From: Lingula anatina
Lineage: Eukaryota; Animalia; Brachiopoda
DNA: 64,000 bases
Assembly: GCA_051362555.1 (NCBI GenBank)
Contig: CM120647.1
Location: 1,240,001 to 1,304,000, forward strand
Direction of reading: 5' to 3'
The position numbers and the translations under genes were made by a program. Shown piece after piece: positions 39,901 through 48,300 of this stretch. The number at the start of each line of letters is the position of its first letter. The stretch's first letter is position 1. A model generated the notes under the pieces. That model had not been told where the DNA came from, searched no databases, and was given only the letters and a program-made list of their open reading frames with translations.

Positions 39901-42223
39901 AACTATCAGTCTACTATTAGTTGGCCTCATGTAATAGACAAAGATATAAACAAAAATATGTATTGATGAAATTTCATTTAGAATCATACTAAGTGCAATA
40001 ACTTATTTACATTTCCCCAATTTTCCCGTTTAAGCTCTACCTGGTACATAAGCAATAATGTGCCAAAAAAGAAAGAAACGAGGCTGGCATACGGAAATTG
40101 CAAGTACTACTGTTTTGTGTACACGGCTGTGAATTGAATGTGTCATTCCTAGATGAAGGTAAATTTCCTTTACACGCCTTTACACGACAAAAATAATTTA
40201 AAATAAATATGAGACTTCTACAGGTGCAAATTTTAGCGTTGAAGGTGGGTTTGTGAAATTGTTCTCATACATTCTTGATGTGAAACTAAATTTTGTATAA
40301 CTGATCGGCTCTAGATCAAATGAAGGTGTATCTTGCATAATTTGAGTTTTATTTCCCGAAATGGTTGCATCCAGGCTTGAAATCTCTCTCTACACCTTTC
40401 TGTAATCCCACCATGTTTTCTCTGTGAGATTATCTGAGACTTCGCGAGGCTTTATCCCAATTGGCTGAAGCAACCCACGTGAATGGTCTTTTGAATATGT
40501 ATTAGGCACAAGCTCTCCCTAAGACCACAAGCTGGGTAATTATTAGGATTAAGCCCGTTACGAGGATAGGATGAAAGGAAACCCCTTGTTTCTACTCCTT
40601 CTCATTATAACTTCTTGATCCAACTGGTCATGGTGTTTAGGCCATTTTCATGTCATTCGCCCTTAATGTGTTAGATCGGGGATGACCAAAAACTCTAACC
40701 TATGATTCACTGTTAAAAAACAACAACTCGTGTTTGTAATCTTGTAAATTGTTAGTTTAAGCAGTAAAAAGCACCACATTGAGAACTGTCACGGATCAGC
40801 GATATCATGTTGAAGATTTCCACAAGTGACAGCTTGTCGTGTATGACTTTCAGCAGAGTTTGGTTAAAGTTTACCGCACCAGCCATGAATGTTAGACGAG
40901 TTTACTTACTGCGTCACATATCCCTTATCCTTATAAATTATTAAATTAGTTCCCACTAATTACTAGATTACTTCACATTAGTTCACACTAATTACTGCAT
41001 CACATATCCCTTATCCTTATAAAATATTAAATTAGCTCCCACTAATTTCTAGATTACTTCACATTAGTTCACACTAATTACTGGATTATTTCACATTGCT
41101 GAAGTTGTAAAAAGCATCAAATTTGGAGCAGACAAGGACGCAGACCAGAGCCTTCATGTTGAAGATCTCCACACGTGGCTGTTTGTCGTGTATGAACTTT
41201 AGCGGTGTTTGGTTAAAATCTACAGTGCCAATCACAAATGTAAGACGACTCTATTTACTACGTCACAAACCCTTATCCTTGTAAATTACTAAATAAGTTT
41301 CACTAATTACTGGATTGGTTCACATTAGTTCACACTAATTACTAGATAATTTTACGTTAATTTACTCTAATTACTGGATGAGTTCACACTAATTACTGGT
41401 TTTGTTCACACTAATTACTGGACTGATTCACATATGTTCATAATTAATGCATGTGTAATTCACACTATTTTACATTAATTACTTGATTAGGTCACATTAA
41501 TTACTTGATTAGGTCACATTAATTACTTGATTAGGTCGCCTGTTCTTGGTGCTCTAAACTTCAAACAGATTTGAACCTGACAGCTATAATAATATCCGTG
41601 CACATTTCAAAGGAGCACATATAACGCAGTAACGGTAGTGGATATTATTGCCATAGTTTAGAGTTAGGTACTTCTACTTACTTTGACCATAATCTGCGCC
41701 AGGCAAAAGTCGGGCGATGTATTGGTTTGCTACTCCAGAACCATCCGTGTATTCAATAAGAGGCACTAAGGAGAATATGAATAAGTTCAACCTTTTTTTT
41801 TTCTCCGAGACCTCGCACTATTTTGTGAAGTAAATTAATATTGTACTGCTTTAAGCCATAGGAATATAAATAAGAACACTCTATTGTTAATTTTTTGACA
41901 GAATTCAATTGGGTTACGTACAAAGCAATAACATGTGATTTTTTCCACTGATTTGTGAGATGAAAGTTCTTTCTCCAATGCTACACACTATTATGTGAAA
42001 TCAGTTAATATTTCTACTTACCCAAGCTTTCTTCTTCCGACACCTTCAACACAGCTAGTGCTTGTAGCCTTTTTCGAATGTCCACGTGATTTCTTTTTTT
42101 CCTCAGCGGCGCCTGAGGTGCGTCTCTTGAGTTAATGTTATACTCACTGTCCCCACTCGGATAGGCAACTGTCATTGCTAACAGTCCCAGAACCAAAATA
42201 CCCACCAACACAGACGACTTCAT
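36191..42223 (-). CDS. Secreted subtilisin-like serine protease (S8A, proteinase K/aqualysin-type) with I9 propeptide, ~445 aa; exons 42223-42022, 41765-41682, 38034-37944, 37634-37511, 37213-37078, 36891-36191
   Basis: Signal peptide MKSSVLVGILVLGLLAMTVA. I9-like NQYIARL..IEEIEQD, then W|GLDTLD. Catalytic motifs VYVGDTG, HGTHVA, AAGND and GTSMAAPFV. All intron phases are compatible. Confidence 0.93.
37285..37538. repeat. 46-bp minisatellite (~5.5 copies) spanning an exon/donor junction of the subtilase
   Basis: Unit AGTCCACTCTGTGATGATACAGTGAAATCAGTATTAACATACCCAT; the last copy overlaps the exon ending at 37511. Confidence 0.9.
38745..39320. repeat. ~211-bp tandem repeat (~2.7 copies) inside the P-like element
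   Basis: ATAATTTATGTTTTTCTGGTTAGTTAAGCACGTGCA recurs near 38753, 38964 and 39175. Confidence 0.85.
39601..39678. repeat. 27-bp tandem repeat x3
   Basis: AAGTTTTAAAAGGGAATTTAGTGGTCC repeated three times. Confidence 0.9.
40764..41537. repeat. Diverged local duplication plus CACTAATTACT-type short repeats
   Basis: GTAAAAAGCA..TCATGTTGAAGAT..CCCTTATCCTT blocks start near 40764 and 41106; there are many (T)CACACTAATTACTG copies. Confidence 0.7.
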
Positions 42224-42509
42224 ACTTCTATAAACAGACCAATTATATTATGAACAGATGGAAACCATTTGGTATGACATTATATTAGTCTTTTTAATTC
42301 CAATTATCACCACGGATCTACGTGTACTGACCCAACTTTGAGGGGATTCTTGCAGAGTGGAATCAGCTTGACAGATTAACACGCCTCCTCCTAGCGTTAA
42401 GTAGAATACAGAGAAGCTGGGGATTATGCAAGGATATGTAAATTGAAAACAAAAGGAAGAGCGATATTCAATTAATTTGATTGCACTTAGCAAGAGTCCC
42501 TGCAGTTTT

Positions 42510-42511
<2 letters not shown>

Positions 42512-42581
<70 letters not shown>
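42512..42581. repeat. (AT)n microsatellite
   Basis: Pure AT run. (AAT)n/(ATT)n runs also occur at ~520, 3040, 16150, 18090, 23140, 30870 and 36915, and (CT)n at ~9440 and 16785. Confidence 0.95.
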
Positions 42582-42584
<3 letters not shown>

Positions 42585-42797
42585 AGTCTGTTCGAACGAA
42601 AACATAAAAAGACTGAACAAAAAATGTCAAAAGAGACCCTAAAAACTGATTGTACATTTGAGTTGGTTTTAATGTTGGTGCTTGCTACTATACATTCTCC
42701 AATAAATTACAAATTCTTCATCTCCCTTTTTGTGCTTTGATTTTTTTAAGAAAACGCATACATCCAGCACCTAACGTTAAAATGAATTGCAACTTAC

Positions 42798-42878
42798 CCA
42801 ATGTAGCTTCTGCGATAACTGAACAGCGCCTTGTCTGCTCCGTTGTGCCGTGCTTTCAGCTTGGGTTCAGCTTTTATA
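42798..42878 (-). promoter_or_regulatory. Probable TATA box and non-coding first exon of the subtilase
   Basis: Minus-strand TATAAAA at 42878-42872, then a GG|GTAAGT donor at ~42798. The matching acceptor TTTATAG|AAGT lies immediately before the ATG at 42223. Confidence 0.6.
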
Positions 42879-42899
42879 TTTCTTTCAAGTGACCACAAT

Positions 42900-43506
42900 A
42901 TCGTATCACGTGTGCTGCCTATAAGCCTTCGCCAAAGTCTTGTATATATTTTCAACTGCAATTAAAAATTCATTGCCTTAGAAAGTATGATGACATCGTA
43001 TTACTTATGCTGCCCATAAAAGACCATGCAGGTTTGGACATTGTCTTCTTCGATTAGCCACGTCAATGTTTTGTACTTATTTTCAACAACAATTAAAATT
43101 GCATTGCCTTAGAAAATATGACGACATCGTATTACATGTGCTGCCTATATCATACCCGTATCGTACAGTTACTTTGTCAAGATGTGCCAACTCAAAAATC
43201 TAATTTAAGCTTAAACTGCAATTAAAATGTCATTATCCTAGAAAGTAGGACGATATTGTTTTACGTGTACTGCCTATATCATACCCTATAGGACAGTGCC
43301 CTTTTTTGATGTGTCAACTCAAATGTCTAATTTAAGTTTAAGCTACAATGAAAATGTCATTGTCTTAAAGAGGATGACGACATCGTATTACGTGTGCTTA
43401 TATCAGGCGCGTATCGTACAGTGCCCTTTCTTGACGTGTCAACTCAAAGTGCTAAATTTATTTTCTACTGGAATTAAATTTTCATTGTCTTAAAGAGTAT
43501 GACGAC
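42900..43506. repeat. Diverged ~130-bp tandem repeat (~5 copies) upstream of the subtilase promoter
   Basis: CAATTAAAA..CATTG(C/T)CTTAGAAAGTATGACGACATCGTATTAC recurs at ~42960, 43090, 43220, 43345 and 43470. Confidence 0.8.
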
Positions 43507-43628
43507 AGGCGCAGTGTACATGCACTTTGGCTGATAATTGAAGCCGGTGTGACTGGAATGGTAGTCCGCTGGGAACCGAGTAGACAGTTTTTCATATTAA
43601 ATTTTGAATAAGTGACACTTGTCTCTAA

Positions 43629-43843
43629 CACCCCATTCTCATAGATTAGATCGACCTACATTGGATCGACCTAACTCCCTGGGGGTTCACGCTAAATAGC
43701 TGTCAGCCGGGCGGACACGAAAGTTAATTACCCCTTAAAGCTTGTAGTAGGCGGGGACGGACACTTAAGGGGGATTATCTGACAGTAATCTAGTGAGACT
43801 CCCCGCGGTGATAGATCGATCTAAAAGTTGTGAGAACAGAGCC
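43629..43843. mobile_element. Harbinger-like MITE (copy 5)
   Basis: Homologous to 33666-33879 along its length. Confidence 0.75.
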
Positions 43844-45124
43844 ATATACTAACCGCAATACCCCAACTAATCCTAACCTGTACTACTTTCATTCCTAGGA
43901 CTACCATTCCTGTCACACTGAAATCAGAATAGATTTATAGGCATTTGACTTTTAATGAACAATAACTAGAACGTTATTCATCAATTTGGGCATTAGTCAC
44001 ATCATACATTATGCACTTAAAGGAGTCGGGGTGCTTAAAATAAAAATTATAATAACGTTTATTTGTAACTAAAGGTACTTGGATTGTACAATTATTTGTA
44101 AATTGAGGGATATATTTATAAGAACATTAAGGCGCCTAATTATTACGTACAACCCAGCTGCCGTATGGACCGCTGTAACCTAACATGCCAAGTTTCTCTG
44201 TCAGACAACGAACCCTGCTTCAACCCCCAAGTGCTGAGTGCCAAGCGAGGAACCAGGAGGTAACGTATTATTTTCAAGTGTTTAATTACTGGTGCGTTTG
44301 CAGCCATGGGAATTTTGAGTAAAACATGTTTGGCAAATAATTCCGCCGAGGAGATATCGTTTTTCTACCGAACACGGTGAACAGGTGGTATGACGTGCCT
44401 CATCCGGGACTCGAACCCATGACTTTGCGTTACCAAGGTTGATGACGCTTTGGATGTCTCATATGCATCCATGCACGCTACCGACTGCTCCGTGACTGAC
44501 CCGCCCACCCTCCGTACGTGCGAGTTTCCTCTTATACTAATCAATCGCAATTTTTAAAAAAATAATTCTGGCAAAAACATTGACACCGTAGCTGCTGTGA
44601 CTCGAACCGGCGTCCCAGTGTCTGCTGGCTGGCAAGACAGCAGAGTTACCACGCAGCCACGACAGCTCCGTTGACACGAAATCATCGGATGGAAACTTTC
44701 AACCTCGTCACGGAAAGCGCCAGATTGGGTGTACGTGTGTAGACCTGCTGTCGCAATCGATAATCCGGGTGCCAATACTGGAAAGGAGGGGCATAATAAG
44801 ACAAAATGTGTGCCTGATAAAAGGAGTAGAGGTGACGCGACTTTTGTAAAAAATCAAAAGTTTTCTCTCTGCTAATCCCACCAAAAAGAGAGCAGATTTT
44901 GATGAAATGCAAGCCATACGGAGTTAGTTATATCTGTGACACCAATATAAAGACTTTTAACTGAAGAGAAAGGAAATAAAATTGTCGACGCAGATGTAAA
45001 CTTTCTAAAGTATACCGTATTATTATGCAAAAGGTAATTTGCTAGGTCCCACGAGCGCCCTCACTCGTTCTCTTCTAGTGACATCCCGATTCAGGGGCCA
45101 GGTCGTTGTCGTGATGGACTGACG

Positions 45125-45230
45125 TGCCTCATCCGGGACTCGAACCCATGACTTTGCGTTACCAAGGTTGATGACGCTTTGGATGTCTCATATGCATCCA
45201 TGCACGCTACCGACTGCTCCGTGACTGACC
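45125..45230 (-). ncRNA. tRNA-like Pol III element (module 1; representative copy, one per unit, 14 copies)
   Basis: A-box-like CGGAGCAGTCGGTAGCG, B box GGTTCGA(G/A)TCC within a T-arm hairpin, and two hairpins between them. TATAAG upstream (~45261-45266); first TTTT at 45032-45029. No canonical acceptor stem. Confidence 0.55.
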
Positions 45231-45301
45231 CGCCCACCCTCCGTACGTGCGAGTTTCCTCTTATACTAATCAATCGCAATTTTTAAAAAAATAATTCTGG
45301 C

Positions 45302-45398
45302 AAAAACATTGACACCGTAGCTGCTGTGACTCGAACCGGCGTCCCAGTGTCTGCTGGCTGGCAAGACAGCAGAGTTACCACGCAGCCACGACAGCTCC
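45302..45398 (-). ncRNA. ~97-nt Pol III panhandle RNA candidate, vault-RNA-like topology (module 2; representative copy, one per unit, 14 copies, one disrupted)
   Basis: A box TGGCTGCGTGG at +11, B box GGTTCGAGTC, TTTTT terminator. The A-box arm pairs with the sequence in and 3' of the B box (17 bp with two bulges); there are two internal hairpins. Confidence 0.55.
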
Positions 45399-48300
45399 GT
45401 TGACACGAAATCATCGGATGGAAACTTTCAACCTCGTCACGGAAAGCGCCAGATTGGGTGTACGTGTGTAGACCTGCTGTCGCAATCGATAATCCGGGTG
45501 CCGCATTTCAGCCCACGCAACCCCAGTCCTCGACATGAACGGTTAAGTTCGTGATGTACACGAAGTCGTGTTTGACAACCCGACTCGGAGCTCGGAGTTT
45601 GTTCTACACTAAGATTGATTTTGGCTTTACCCATGTTATTAAAGAGTACAGGGGGATCAGAGGCGGTGCACAACAGGCGGGTGGGTTTTACTTTTAGCGA
45701 GACCATAAGAGGAGAGAATAAAGAAAAATGACAAAACATTCAAGTGTTTAATTACTGGTGCGATTGCAGCCATGGGAATTTTGAGTAAAACATGTTTGGC
45801 AAATAATTCCGCCGAGGAGATATCGTTTTTGTACCGAACACGCTGAACAGGTGGTATGACGTGCTGTTATACGGCCGGCCGGAAAAGCTACAGAATTAAA
45901 ACAAGTTGGATCGTATTCATTGATAGGCCTGCTCTGTACGTTCCTAGTGGGATGACTTCGGATGCTTTTATTTTCATTTGGTTTTGCATTGAGATAACGT
46001 TTGGTTTCACCTTTGACGTTTTAGAGCACGCTGACGTCCACAGCCGTTCACCCCTCAGCGGCTTTAGTATTGAGTAGTCTTTACTCTTTCCAATGTCGAC
46101 TGCGGACTTGCCCCTGGTACCGTATGAACATATGTACAGTCTTGAGAACCCAGGGCCCAAGACTGGAAAGGAGGGGCATAATAAGACAAAACGTGTGCCT
46201 GATAAAAGGAGTAGAGATGACGCGACTTTTGTAAAAAATCAAAAGTTTTCTCTCTGCTAATCCCACCAAAAAGATAGCATATTTTGATGAAATGCAAGCC
46301 ATACGGAGTTAGTTATATCTGTGACACCAATATAAAGAATTTTAACTGAAGAGAAAGGAAATAAAATTATCGACGCAGATGTAAATTTTCTAAAGAATAC
46401 CGTATTATTATGCAAAAGGTAATTTGCTAGGTCCCACGAGCGCCCTCATTCGTTCTCGTCTAGTGACATCCCGATTCAGGGGCCAGGTCGTTGTCGTGAT
46501 GGACTGACGTGCCTCATCCGGGATTCGAACCCGTGACTTTGCGTTACCAAGGTTGGTGACGCTTTGGATGTCTCATTTGCATTCATGCACTCTACCGACT
46601 GCTCCGTGACTGACCCGCCCACCCTCCGTACGTGCCAGTTTCCTCTTATAGTAATCAATCCGCAATTTTTAAAAAATTAATTCTGGCAAAAACATTAACA
46701 TCGTAGCTGCTGTGACTCGAACCGGCGTCCCAGTGTCTGCTGGCTGACAAGACAGCAGAGTTACCACGCAGCCACGACAGCTCCGTTGACACGATGTCAT
46801 CGGATGGAAACTTTCAACCTCGTCACAGAAAGCGCCAGATTGGGTGTACGTGTGTAGACCTGCTGTCGCAATCGATAATCCGGGTGCCGCATTTCAGCCC
46901 ACGCAACCCCAGTCCTCGACATGAACGGTTAAGTTCGTGATGTACACGAAGTCGTGTTTGACAACCCGACTCGGAGCTCGGAGTTTGTTCTACACTAAGA
47001 TTGATTTTGGCTTTACCCATGTTATTAAAGAGTACAGGGGGATCAGAGGCGGTGCACAACAGGCGGGTGGGTTTTACTTTTAGCGAGACCATAAGAGGAG
47101 AGAATAAAGAAAAATGACAAAACATTCAAGTGTTTAATTACTGGTGCGATTGCAGCCATGGGAATTTTGAGTAAAACATGTTTGGCAAATAATTCCGCCG
47201 AGGAGATATCGTTTTTGTACCGAACACGCTGAACAGGTGGTATGACGTGCTGTTATACGGCCGGCCGGAAAAGCTACAGAATTAAAACAAGTTGGATCGT
47301 ATTCATTGATAGGCCTGCTCTGTACGTTCCTAGTGGGATGACTTCGGATGCTTTTATTTTCATTTGGTTTTGCATTGAGATAACGTTTGGTTTCACCTTT
47401 GACGTTTTAGAGCACGCTGACGTCCACAGCCGTTCACCCCTCAGCGGCTTTAGTATTGAGTAGTCTTTACTCTTTCCAATGTCGACTGCGGACTTGCCCC
47501 TGGTACCGTATGAACATATGTACAGTCTTGAGAACCCAGGGAAAAATACTGGAAAGGAGGGGCATAATAAGACAAAATGTGTGCCTGATAAAAGGAGTAG
47601 AGGTGACGCGACTTTTGTAAAAAATCAAAAGTTTTCTCTCTGCTAATCCCACCAAAAAGAGAGCAGATTTTGATGAAATGCAAGCCATACGGAGTTACTT
47701 ATATCTGTGACACCAATATAAAGACTTTTAACTGAAGAGAAAGGAAATAAAATTGTCGACGCAGATGTAAACTTTCTAAAGTATACCGTATTATTATGCA
47801 AAAGGTAATTTGCTAGGTCCCACGAGCGCCCTCACTCGTTCTCTTCTAGTGACATCCCGATTCAGGGGCCAGGTCGTTGTCGTGATGGACTGACGTGCCT
47901 CATCCGGGACTCGAACCCATGACTTTGCGTTACCAAGGTTGATGACGCTTTGGATGTCTCATATGCATCCATGCACGCTACCGACTGCTCCGTGACTGAC
48001 CCGCCCACCCTCCGTACGTGCGAGTTTCCTCTTATACTAATCAATCGCAATTTTTAAAAAAATAATTCTGGCAAAAACATTAACACCGTAGCTGCTGTGA
48101 CTCGAACCGGCGTCCCAGTGTCTGCTGGCTGGCAAGACAGCAGAGTTACCACGCAGCCACGACAGCTCCGTTGACACGAAATCATCGGATGGAAACTTTC
48201 AACCTCGTCACGGAAAGCGCCAGATTGGGTGTACGTGTGTAGACCTGCTGTCGCAATCGATAATCCGGGTGCCGCATTTCAGCCCACGCAACCCCAGTCC

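Larger units (their letters stand above)
38336..40617. mobile_element. 2282-bp non-autonomous DNA transposon, P-element-like, in a subtilase intron
   Basis: Perfect 30-bp TIR CAAGAAGTTATAATGAGAAGGAGTAGAAAC and 7-bp TSD ATCCAAC (38329-38335, 40618-40624). CA..TG ends with a 7-8-bp TSD fit the P superfamily. Confidence 0.85.

Noticed and set aside
45125-45398. Canonical tRNA genes (Met/Ile-like, and Ser/Gly/Asp-like)
   Set aside because: Module 1 lacks an acceptor stem and a 7-nt anticodon loop; module 2 lacks T- and D-stems. Both are kept only as tRNA-related ncRNA candidates.
45420-45450. Hammerhead-like core (minus strand GTGACGAG-GTT-GAAA; also CTGAAGA..GAAA near 46346)
   Set aside because: The first lacks CUGA, and neither has stem II or flanking stems I/III.
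45744-45795. Resemblance to nematode SL1 (GTTTAATTAC..TTTGAG..AAACAT) with an Sm-like AATTTTGA
   Set aside because: Spacing is wrong by ~19 nt, the Sm-like motif overlaps the supposed donor instead of lying downstream, and the motifs are short and AT-rich.
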